This document shows, one piece after another, positions 12,701-22,974 of a stretch of 64,000 nucleotides of DNA. This DNA comes from Felis catus. Lineage: Eukaryota. The stretch lies in contig NC_058368.1 of NCBI RefSeq assembly GCF_018350175.1, forward strand, positions 76,572,001-76,636,000, in the 5' to 3' direction. A program made the translations under genes and the position numbers. The notes under the pieces were generated by a model that was given only the letters and a program-made list of their open reading frames with translations, was not told the DNA's origin and made no database searches. Positions within the stretch are counted from its first letter, which is position 1; each line of letters opens with the position of its first letter.

Positions 12701-12782
12701 GGCCGGGGGGGGGGGGGGGGGGGGCTCCAGGCTTTTATTTCTTCAAAGTGAAGCGAGATTACAAAGATAGTTGTGAAAGCAC

Positions 12783-12992
12783 CTGAGTGTGGAATCTCTG
12801 CAGATTTTTGTAACTTTTCTTCTTCGGGTTGACCTGCCTACGATTAGTTGGTAGCAATTATTTTTAGTGATGAGCTTTTACTGAAACGTCGCAAAGCGTT
12901 CCACTTGCTTTTCAGGGCACTGGTGCTCTTCTTTTGTGCCCTCATTTTTCATCATTTTATGCCCTGCTTCGTTATACCGTTTCATCACAAAC
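12783..12992 (-). pseudogene. Exon remnant
   Basis: ttatgttag|...CAG|gtgctt; 210 nt; FVMKRYNEAGHKMMKNEGTKEEHQCPEKQVERFATFQ*KLITKNNCYQLIVGRSTRRRKVTKICRDSTL. Confidence 0.55.
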
Positions 12993-13503
12993 CTAACATA
13001 ATTGGCCTCACCAAGTTTGGGGGCAGGTGCAAAACATAGATCCTTGGGCGGCCTGAGCTGAATGCAAACAAGGGAGGCCTACAGAGCACGACAAGGGACA
13101 GACTCACTACCCCCGAGTGGAAATTGGCACGCCAACAGCGACTGTCAGTGGGTTTACAGTGAAAAGGGACATGTTGTTGAATCTGGCAAGGAAATGATGT
13201 GGTGAGCTCTACCGCTGTAAAAATAGGACGTATATCGCTTTTGTTCACGTTTACATTTCTACATTTTCTCTACCCCCGTCTTTTACATAATTTCTGTGAA
13301 ATATCTTAGAAAAGTAAGTTTTTTTTATGCAAAAAGCTTCAGAGAATTTTTAAAAAGAAAAAAAAAAAAAAAGAACCAGGCATTGGAATCAAGGATTCAG
13401 CGTTAGACACTGGAGTCTAAACCCGTCCCACTTTGGCAGAGACAATTAGGCTTGTCGGGACACCACCCCGCCTCCCCGTCTCACTTCAGTTTGGCAGACA
13501 GAC

Positions 13504-13689
13504 TTTTTTTTTCAAGTTTATTTATTTTGAGAGGGGTGGGAAGAGGAGGGGCAGGGAGAGAGAGAATCCCAAGCAGGCTTCGAGCTGGAGCCCTACGCAC
13601 GGGGCTCGAACTCATGAACCGCGAGATCATGCCCTGAACCGGAAATCAAGAGGCGGCCGCTCAACCGACTGAGCCCCTCAGGTGCCCCC
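13504..13689 (-). mobile_element. Can-SINE (older)
   Basis: Antisense element. Confidence 0.88.
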
Positions 13690-13700
13690 TGACTTACTTC

Positions 13701-13943
13701 TTTTTTTTTTTTTTTTTTTTTTAATTTTTTTTTTCAACGTTTATTTATTTTGGGGACAGAGAGAGACAGAGCATGAACGGGGGAGGGGCAGAGAGAGAGG
13801 GAGACACAGAATCGGAAACAGGCTCCAGGCTCCGAGCCGTCAGCCCAGAGCCCGACGCGGGGCTCGAACTCACGGACCGCGAGATCGTGACCTGGCTGAA
13901 GTCGGATGCTTAACCGACTGCGCCACCCAGGCGCCCCCCCCCC
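13701..13943 (-). mobile_element. Can-SINE, young SINEC_Fc type
   Basis: Long T tail; TSD gacttacttct. Confidence 0.96.
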
Positions 13944-14092
13944 GACTTACTTCTGATTGGCCCGCGTGTGAAATGAGCTGACAGTAGGGCAGTGTCTGTG
14001 CAAATGTGAGGCATCTTCAACCCAAACGACTATGATCAAATATTTTTAAACACAGATGCTTTAAAATTTACATGACAAACTTTTTCCCTAAC

Positions 14093-14459
14093 TTCTAAAC
14101 TTCTAGAGAATAACCAGCTCCGCCGTCGAGCAAATTGTGCTATTCAGCGTCAGATGTCACAGGAAAAAAATCTGAATGAAACAATTTTTTCCAGAACTTA
14201 AATCCACCAGCTTCACTCTACAAAAGGGGAACTACCTCTGAACGTAATGGGAAGCAATTTTGTGTAGAACGAAGCAGCACAGCAGAAGTAGAAAAATGCG
14301 GTAGCAGTTTCTAGCCGACCTTTAAAATGACAGCCTTTTGTGGACCCGTATCTCGGAGATAAACCGTTCTACACAGCTCCGTAGCTGCTCAAAGCACTGC
14401 CACGTTCCAGCGCAGCATTGGATTTCATTTGCGGTGATGTTCTAGTTGGTTAAAGTGAC
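14093..14459 (-). pseudogene. Exon remnant with frameshift
   Basis: ttgtgcttcag|...|gttagg; WQCFEQLRSCVERFISEI, later GRLETATAFFYFCCAASFYTKLLPITFRGSSLL*SEAGGFKFWKKLFHSDFFPVTSDAE*HNLLDGGAGYSLEV*; ends phase 2. Confidence 0.5.
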
Positions 14460-14894
14460 CTGAAGCACAATCTCTGGAAAGCACCCCTTCGACCTTGTCC
14501 CCCAGCTGAAGATACAGTGTCATGTCTTAGATGATTCCAGTACATAGACAGAACCCCTTCTGACCCAATTTCCCCGGGGCGCTACAATGAGACATCTACC
14601 CAAGCTGACTGAATGGTTGGATACACGAGGACGCAAAAGGTGCTCAGCTCTCTGACCCCACCCGTGCAAAGCCCAGCCTGTTGAACACCGTGGGGGTTGA
14701 CCTGTTCAACTGGTCGGCTGGCCATCTCAAGTAATGCCTCCACTCACTGCTGACTATGCTTCTTTCATCTACAACTGCCTGGCATTTGAACTTAGTTCTT
14801 CATGGTGTTCCTATTGGCCCAAGCACATTCTGTGCTGGAGAAACACTATGAGCCCATTGTCTCTTTAGAGCCCCAGACTTCCAACATTGGTTCT

Positions 14895-15281
14895 ATTATA
14901 GACTGAATTGCGCCCCCTCCCTTAAAGTCCATATGTTGAAGCCCCAACTCCCAATGTGACTATCTTTGGAGATAGGGTCTTGAAGGGGGTGATGTCAAAG
15001 GAAGTAATAAGCGGTGGGGGGAGTCCTAATCCAAAAGGACTAGTGACTGTGTAAGAAGAGTAAGAGACACCACAAGGGCATGCGCACAGAGAAAAGGCCA
15101 TGCTAAAGACGCAGTGAGAAGGCAGTCAGCCACAAGTCAAGGAGAGAGGCTGAGCCGGAAACCAACCCCACCAGCACTGTGATCTCGGACTTCCAGCCTC
15201 CAGAACTGAGACGATAATGTTCTGTTGTTGAAGCGGCCTCCTGTGGTATTCTGTCACAGTGACCCCAGCTGGCTGACACAG
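14895..15281 (+). mobile_element. MLT1 (ERVL-MaLR) solo LTR
   Basis: atatgttgaagccccaactcccaatgtgact...ggagataggg; tctcggacttccagcctccagaactgagac; ctgtggtattctgt...aca end. Confidence 0.88.
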
Positions 15282-15398
15282 CCCCCAAGCCAGCACCACC
15301 ATTGTTTACACCCCCCTGTAACCCCCCAGCCCTGTTTCTTCTCTCACCTTTCACTCCGGGCCCTTGAAGAGAGAAGCCCTTAAAAAATATTTCCTTTC

Positions 15399-15611
15399 GG
15401 GGCGCCTGGGTGGCGCAGTCGGGTAAGCGTCCGACTTCAGCCAGGTCACGATCTCGCGGTCCGGGAGTTCGAGCCCCGCGTCGGGCTCTGGGCTGATGGC
15501 TCAGAGCCTGGAGCCTGCTTCCGATTCTGTGTCTCCCTCTCTCTCTGCCCCTCCCCCGTTCATGCTCTGTCTCTCTCTGTCCCAAAAATAAATAAACGTT
15601 GAAAAAAAAAA
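15399..15611 (+). mobile_element. Can-SINE, young SINEC_Fc type
   Basis: TSD aaaaaatatttccttt. Confidence 0.96.
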
Positions 15612-15840
15612 TATTTCCTTTCAAAATGTATTTAATGACCATCAAGAAGAATTTGATGTCTCATCACAATGAATGCCCCAACCCTTAGAAACATAAAATC
15701 TAGTTTCCCTTTCCTGGACAGGAAGGGAAAGATTTTCATCCCTCCTATGATGTGTCAACCTACTCAAAAGCTGAGCAGAAGACGTTTACACAAAGGAAAA
15801 CTCAGATTAACTTGTTGTATTTTGTTCCACACGAAATAGT

Positions 15841-16047
15841 GACTGGGCAGCTCGGTCAGCTAAGCGTCCAATGTTGGCTCAGGTCATGATCTCATGGTTC
15901 GTGAGTTCAAGCCCCAGGTCGGGCTCTGTGCTGACAGCTCGGAGCCTGGAGCCTGCTTCGGATTCTGTGTCTCCCTCTCTCTCTGCCCCTCCCCTGCACA
16001 CGCTCTGTCTCTCTCTCCCTCAAAAACAAATAAACATTAAAAAAAAC
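15841..16047 (+). mobile_element. Can-SINE
   Basis: Body, CT tract, tail. Confidence 0.9.
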
Positions 16048-16256
16048 TTTTCTAAGTTGGTATGGTAACACGTGTCATCAAACTAATGAGATAATGGAAT
16101 AATTTTCACAATTATATGTAACATAATAAAAGTAATAAAATAATAATTTCAACACATTTTCAGCTTTTTTCCCAGTATTTTTAATAATGACCCAGAGACT
16201 GCTGAAAAGATAAAACTTTCTGCCACCTATAAACATGGTGGGGAAGCACGAAATAC

Positions 16257-16883
16257 ATTCAGAAAAGAATATTTTCTTTTTTTTATTTTTAAAATTTTTT
16301 TTTCAACGTTTATTTATTTTTGGGACAGAGAGAGAGCGTGAATGGGCGAGGGGCAGAGAGTGAGGGAGACACAGAATAGGAAACAGGCTCCAGGCTCTGA
16401 GCCATCAGCCCAGAGCCCGACGCGGGACTCGAACTCACGGACCGCGAGATCGAGACCTGGCTGAAGTCGGACGCTTAACCGACTGCGCCACCCAGGCGCC
16501 CCCAGAAAAGAATATTTTCTAAAAATAGTTAAAAGAACGTAGCATCGGTAATCGAGCATCCCTTCGGTATCTGGAAAATTTCTTTCACGGAACACCGCAG
16601 TCCTTCTCTCATGCCAAGTTAACCAAGTGCTGTTACCCTTCAGATGAAGCACGTCAGTTAAAAACACACTGAGAATTCAGTGAATCACGTTTTGCCAGCT
16701 TGTTTAGAAATTTAAATGTCATTTGCTTCTGGAACATGTTTTCCTCGTTCCATCAAAGTGAATGTCATAATTTTTGACTGAGAGGGTCTCGGTGGACATA
16801 TCACGGGATGATTCCAGGTTTAATATATCGGGAATATACATCTGGAATAGACCTTATTTTTATTTTCTGATGATCTGACCCAA
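16257..16883 (-). pseudogene. Long exon remnant interrupted by a SINE
   Basis: ctttccacag|; one frame LGQIIRK*K*GLFQMYIPDILNLESSRDMSTETLSVKNYDIHFDG...ILSVFLTDVLHLKGNSTWLTWHERRTAVFRERNFPDTEGMLDYRCYVLLTIFRKYSFL[SINE]N|gtattt. Confidence 0.55.
16278..16502 (-). mobile_element. Can-SINE, young SINEC_Fc type, inside a pseudo-exon
   Basis: Perfect 18-bp TSD cagaaaagaatattttct at 16260-16277 and 16503-16520. Confidence 0.96.
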
Positions 16884-17140
16884 CTGTGGAAAGCCAAAGG
16901 AGGGTCAAGTAGGATCCCAACAAGGGGAAAGGGACTAATAATGGGAAATAGGTCAGCGAGCCACAGCAACATTTTCTTTTGTCGACACAGGGTAGGCCTT
17001 TGATTGGTGGTGAGAGGCCTCTGTTCCCCCAACCTCTGCAAGGAAAGTCATTTTACAAAAAGCAGCAGGCTCTGGTGTCTCCGCCCTGACGATGTTTCTC
17101 TCCGCAACAGCATGAGAGAACCACAAACTTCATGACCATT

Positions 17141-17180
<40 letters not shown>

Positions 17181-17286
17181 AAGGGAAAGTAACAGGTATG
17201 GTTGCATACACTCGCTTTTGACCATGACCCTTCTGGTCTCTGCATGGCTCGTGCACAGGTTTGATAGTAAAATGAATTGAAACAAC

Positions 17287-17537
17287 CTTTCTGAGTGTGA
17301 GGCATTCTTCTTGGCCATCTTGGAGCCCAGACCAGCCTGTGTGGTCAGGCCCGGCTCATTCCTTCCACGGCAGAACAGGAAACGGAAGTTCAGGGAGCAA
17401 ATCACATCTTTCACTTTGTCAACGGTGAGGTCCCCTGAAAACCAAACGGCTCCAGATCGTAGGAAATATTTCACCCTTTGGAAAGATTGGGCACAATGTT
17501 GGTTCAACTAAACTCTTGGTGGCGGTCATCAAGACCA
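17287..17537 (-). pseudogene. One or two exon remnants (17475-17537, 17287-17434)
   Basis: ctttcacgccccaag|VLMTATKSLVEPTLCPIFPK, 40-nt gap, then ttttcag|DLTVDKVKDVICSLNFRFLFCRGRNEPG...; 3' boundary uncertain. Confidence 0.4.
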
Positions 17538-18362
17538 CTTGGGGCGTGAAAGATAAGTTCACACCGTGCTTTTTCTCCCAAACAAAAAATATTAACCCAC
17601 CCTTTCTGAGGGGGGTTTCTGTAAGGGACGAGGGAACACAGTTCTGTAGGGGACAGTCCCACACATCTGAAACTCTTTCCTGAAGCCACATAGCTCAAGT
17701 TTGGGGCACAGTAAAACCCCGCGTCATCCTCCCAGACACACGTCAGCACGCGTTTTCAGAGAAATTTGAACCCATATGTTTCTGATTGACATGAACGGCA
17801 ATGTTAAGGCTGCCCCAGAGATTTTACAAGCTTTTCTCAGGAAACTTGTTGTATTTGAAACTCAAGAGTTATATTTACCCAAAAATAAACCAAATGTAAC
17901 CCCCTACCTATGGGGCATTCATTTGAACCAAAGACCACAAAACTACCTTTTAAAGAGAACAATTACTTTCTGGGACACGCAGGGCCAAGAGCTATGTTCT
18001 TTCTACTACTTTTCTAGCTGAGCTTGGTAAGCCGCTGAAAGAAGCACTTTTTAATAAAATTGAGAGACTAAAGCTCTGTAGTAAATCCAAAATAGCACTT
18101 TCTTAAATCCCTCCTCCAAATAGAAAACGTTATCACTGTTTAACTTGGTTTAAAAAAAAAAAAAAAAAAACTTAAACAAAGCAGGGGTTTTTTTGGTTTG
18201 TTTTTTGTTTGTTTGTTTTTCAAATGGTTAAGGAAATTGTCACGGAATCTAGTTTAGCCTTTTAGGGTTAAGACTGTCTGTGATATAAATCGAAAATTAA
18301 GGATTTTTATCTGAATTAAATCCTTTTAAAACATTCACAGATTCAATAGTAACCAATTGTAC

Positions 18363-18450
18363 CCAGGGGATTTTGAATTCCTACTTCTAATATCCACCGG
18401 ATTTCAAAAGCAAATTCTAGACCGAATCGTCGAAGTAACCTGAGTTTTGC
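18363..18450 (-). pseudogene. Exon remnant, open
   Basis: gtatatag|...|gtacaa; AKLRLLRRFGLEFAFEIRWILEVGIQNPL; phase 0 to 1. Confidence 0.5.
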
Positions 18451-18574
18451 CTATATACTATCTTCTTAGTAGTTTAAAGGAGGTTTACAGAAATGGGACT
18501 CTTGAGAGAAATGATTTCTTTCCAACCATAAAACCAGGTGCATGGGAAGGTTCATTAACAATCAGCACTAAACC

Positions 18575-18613
18575 GGGGCTTTCCCGGTGAGTCTGAACCT
18601 TATTAGGATTTCC
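18575..18613. promoter_or_regulatory. Possible NF-kB site cluster
   Basis: GGGGCTTTCC (18575-18584) fits GGGRNYYYCC; adjacent AP-1-like TGAGTCT and AGGATTTCC. Motif match only. Confidence 0.25.
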
Positions 18614-18729
18614 TCCGGCAGTAAAAAGAAATAAATATAAATTAGTTGTATTATCTAATACTGGTAAAATTCAATGAGGAATAATAACGAAGGTCAAAAA
18701 TTGTAAATGTATGGAACGTTGTTTGTTGG

Positions 18730-18900
18730 AACATATATGTGTATGTAATACATAGTATATAGCATACTATATATACATATACAGTATATAGCATATTATA
18801 TATAGTATATTAAACATAGTATATAGTATATTATTATACATATATAGTATATATTACATAGATATTTATAACTCATATATAGAGACAGAGAGAGAGAAAA
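18730..18900. repeat. Degenerate (TA)n/(TAGTA)n low-complexity tract
   Basis: Directly visible. Confidence 0.85.
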
Positions 18901-19115
18901 TTAAGTAAATATTGGACAGAGACAATCATTACCAAAATAATAAAAAGTATATGCCCCTAGGGATAACTCCTGGTAGTGCAAACCCACAAAAATTTCCAGA
19001 AGACAGCTGTCCGTTGATATCCACTGTGCGGGGGGCGGGGGGGCGGGGAACCACTTTCTGAGAGTTCATGTATACCTTCTCTAACCAATAACCCTCCACC
19101 CCTGAATCCACTTAC

Positions 19116-19206
19116 ACTTGAGGCAAAATTAAGAAGAAAGAAATCATTAAGAAAACTTGCCCATTTTCACCTAACTCAGACTTCAAGGTCTCGTCAAATG
19201 ACCCCT
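19116..19206 (-). pseudogene. Exon remnant
   Basis: cttcctatacag|...|gtaagt after a 76-nt intron; GVI*RDLEV*VR*KWASFLNDFFLLNFASS; phase 2 to 0. Confidence 0.5.
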
Positions 19207-19282
19207 CTGTATAGGAAGAGGTAACGATTCCCCAAATTATAAACATATTTACTCTGCCATATAGTATAAAGGTAGATTCCAC

Positions 19283-19416
19283 CTTTTTGTCGTTGTTGTT
19301 GTTTAAACAAAAATGATCTTCCCTTCTCTGTAGTCTTTTAACTCCAGGAAGATTGAGAAGTTTCTTCTGTTGGCACACCCACCCTCTGCTAGCCAAAAGC
19401 CCTTTAAAACACTTCT
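19283..19416 (-). pseudogene. Exon with late stop (block exon 7)
   Basis: gcgtttag|...AG|gtggaa; RSVLKGFWLAEGGCANRRNFSIFLELKDYREGKIIFV*TTTTTK; TAA at 19305-19303. Confidence 0.6.
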
Positions 19417-21028
19417 CTAAACGCATTCACTTCCCATAGCTTTTCGTTTTGTGCTATCGGTGATGGTGACGCTTTACCCCTTCACACACTGTGGTTAGAG
19501 AAAGGTCTGAAGAAAGACAAAGGAAAGCCGGCTGTAGACTCAATCTTTGGGGGCCTCTGAGATCTGTTAACCTTCAGATGTTTTCTTTGGTTCGGTTTGG
19601 TTTTCACTTAATTTTTCTGTGCGCTTCTATTTGTATCGCAACCCACCAGCCAATAACTCTGTCCCCTTGAGTGAAAAATGGAACAAGGGTGTGACAAAAC
19701 CGAACGGTTAGTTGTCTGTGGTCCCATGAGATCGACTCAAAGCCATCAAAACTATTTCCTTAACACACAACATCATTTTCCTCAAGGAACAAACTGGCTT
19801 CATATTGCGCCACACTGGATAATACGTGTTTAATTTAGGGAGTTTATTTCTCCCAATTTAGAGGAAGAAATATATACATTTAATTCTTTGGAAAATAAGA
19901 ACAAATTGCCATTTCTTTATGATGTGTTTTTTACTCTTCTTTTCCTTAATTAAGAATAATTAATTAGACTCACTCGATATTTAATATGTAGAGATATTAA
20001 TTAATATATATTAATATTAATGTAATGTTTATATATATATGTATGTATGTATAAACCCATTAACTATCTCTGTTTTCTCAGTACTGGTAAAACCACCAGC
20101 CTAAGCAGTTCTTCATGGAATCGACACCGCTTTTTTTAGGAAGGAAGCAGAGTCACCAGGATGTTCTAGAATCTTCAAGATGAGCCAATTCTGTAATAGA
20201 CTTTGGTCTGTTGGAAATTAAAGTAATATGCTATAAAACATTTGTAGTGTCTCTGCTCAAATATTTAGGTTCAAGTCTGGACTTACAAAGACACGATTAA
20301 GGCTAAGATAGATTCACGTTTTCCCTTCTCCTTCGGCTTTGCCCAAGAAATAATGATCTGAAGGCCCCCATGTGGAGAGGATAGACAGGACCTAAGAATA
20401 ACTCAGAGTGGATTCTACTCTCCTAAGTAGACCCACGTCTAACGGCAAGAGGACCATCTTCTGCCAGGACATTTTGCACTTTCCAGGTAAGGAGGAAAGA
20501 AAGTCCCGCTGACTATCGAGTTCACCAAAGACGATTTCACCCCCTGCCTGACAAGGACTTTCAGTGCCTCACCACCCCTACCACCATCATGAGAAAGACT
20601 GAGAAAGAGCGGAGGTCACCGTATGCAAGGGTATTTGCTACAATATAGATGACTACCGACCGCTAACAATGACTTGCTATGTCCTTTCAGGAAAGACTGA
20701 GCCATAGAACGTTTCCAAATTGCCAGACAAGTACGACAGACGGATGAGACACGTTTTTCAGACTTAAGACATTGTGCAGATCAGGAGAGGTCAGACGAGC
20801 ACTCTGTTGAACTTAGAGAATACAATTTTCCCCAAATGTTCTTCATTTAAAATAAGTACCCAATTGGTGACTTTTCCATGTTGTTTCTGTTGTTTTTCTT
20901 TTTCCTACTGAACCGCATTATGACAATAGGCTGTGGAGGGAAGGCGTGAGGTGATGCTCAGTGTCAAGGCTGAGCAGGTAGTTCTGTTCCACGCCATCTG
21001 TGACAGACATGAGTGAAAAGAAGGAAAG

Positions 21029-21073
<45 letters not shown>

Positions 21074-21142
21074 GAGGAAAGAAGGAAGAAAGGGTGAACA
21101 TAATGAAGTTATCGTGTTCAAAATGAAATCTGGAAACCTGAC

Positions 21143-21390
21143 TTTTTCTTTTTTCTTTTTCTTTCTTTTTTTTTTTTTAGAGAGATAGAGACACATGTGA
21201 GCTGGGGAGCGGGGCAGAAGGAGAGAGAGAGAGAGAGAGTCAAAGAAAGAGAGAGAGAGATTGAGAATCTTAGGCAAGCTCCACACTCAGCAAGAGTTGA
21301 ACTCGGGGCTCTATCCCACGCCCCTGGAATTGTGACCCGAGCTGAAGTCAAAAGTTGGACGCTCAGCTGACGGGGCCACCCAGCCACCCC
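21143..21390 (-). mobile_element. Can-SINE (older); separate (GA)n at 21033-21070
   Basis: Antisense element. Confidence 0.88.
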
Positions 21391-21632
21391 CTGGAAGTCA
21401 ACAAAAATAACCATAAAAACATTCTCCCTTCTAGACCCCTAATGGGAGTAATAGTAGGAAGAGAATAGCACCTACCATCCCGTCATGGAACCCATGGAAC
21501 CATCCATGACCACAGCCACTATGCAAACCAGTAAGTGACTCCCGTAGTATTAGATTAGGCAATTAGCACAACAAATAAGTCCGTAGGATTTCCATGCTTT
21601 TATGCTATAGCAAGGAAAAGAACTAAAAATAC

Positions 21633-21750
21633 TTCAATCCTCTTGTCTTTTTCTTCCTCTGAATATCTTCCAACTTCCAGAGCCTGAAAATCCAGTTTCA
21701 CTTTAAGTAACTGCTCATCTGCTTTTACCAACAGTAACTGTAATTTGCAA
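21633..21750 (-). pseudogene. Exon, open (block exon 6; helical or coiled-coil-like)
   Basis: poly-T aag|...|gtattt; CKLQLLLVKADEQLLKVKLDFQALEVGRYSEEEKDKRIE; phase 2 to 0. Confidence 0.65.
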
Positions 21751-22690
21751 CTTAAAAAAAAAAATATCTTAAACCAAACTTCTCCCATGCCCAGGTTTAT
21801 GTATTCAGCTTAAATTACACTGTTTTGCATCCATAAATATGCAATATTATCATGTTCTTGAGTCATTTGGTGTTTTCATCGTCATATCCTAAAAATATAA
21901 ACCCCAGCAAGTCAGGGTTCCCTCCTCCCCCCGATCTGCACCGTACTAGGCATTCTATAGAAGTTTAATAGGTAACTGGAATTTGCTAATTGATTCATCG
22001 TTCAGTAATTGCAGAAAAATAGTAAAATAGATCAAAGAGATGGAAAGGAACGGACAAGGGGCCAGGAAAAGGATGAGGTCATCTGCGTGAACAAGATGAG
22101 GGCCTCTAAGAATAATAAGCAAAAGGGTTTATGATCTCTCGCTCTCTCTCTCTCTCTCCCTCTCCAATCCCGATGTCCAGATGAAATGAAAATTAGGTCA
22201 CTCATTCAAATTGTGTATCTAACACCAGGCATCCGGATATTCGGCTTCCAGAGGGAAAAAGAAAAAAATGATCGGGTGCCTGGCCTTTTTTTTTTTTTTT
22301 TTTTTTTACTTTTTTATTTAGATCTTGCAATTTCAAATAGAAGGAACACGCGAAGCATGACTGATTGAAGTGATAGTGTGGAAAACTAGCGGGGTAACTA
22401 AGATATTTTGGAAGCCGTGTTCTGAATCAAGAGTATGGAGGAGAAAAGAGACAGGAATTTCAAGGATGCGGAAGAGAGACGGGGTTTGGTTTAGTTAGTT
22501 TATAGGTTGTCACACATTAAGATGATAAAGTGTTCATGCCGAGGGTATAAACTTCTCTTTTAAACAAGAGTATATTTTAGAAAGAGAAAAGACAGTTTTA
22601 GAATCACACATCCCCGCACAATTTTCTAATAAATAGCAGCCTTCGGCAGCTGGTCTCACACTCCACCAGCTTTGCAGCGTCTCAACTCAC

Positions 22691-22732
22691 ATAGTAAACT
22701 GAGCATTAGGGTTTGCCTCAACAAACTCTTGC
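22691..22732 (-). pseudogene. Exon, open (block exon 5)
   Basis: ccaattttagcag|...|gtgagt; QEFVEANPNAQFT; phase 2 to 2. Confidence 0.6.
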
Positions 22733-22932
22733 CTGCTAAAATTGGAGAGTTTGACAGATTTTTAGAAAATGTTCCATGAATCCTAATTTATGAGCAACAG
22801 TTGGTTAAGTGAGCATGCCAATTAAACCAAATAGTGAGTGTTAATTCATTGACATGGTATTTCCACATGGAAAGGGAAAATAGTTTGCAAAGCAATAACG
22901 CGAAAGTATGTACTGATTCAATGTTGCATCAC

Positions 22933-22974
22933 CTCTTACTCTGCATTTCTTGACTATCGGCCAGTAATTGTTTA
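22933..22974 (-). pseudogene. Exon, open (block exon 4)
   Basis: tcttttcag|; KQLLADSQEMQSK; frame needs donor gtgatg at 22932; a competing gtaaga at 22939 is out of phase. Confidence 0.55.

Noticed and set aside
15103..15645. Recurring ORFs such as GQRETEHERGRGRERGRHRIG and MAQSVERPTSAQVMIS throughout the window
   Set aside because: Can-SINE translations, here joined to an MLT1 LTR.
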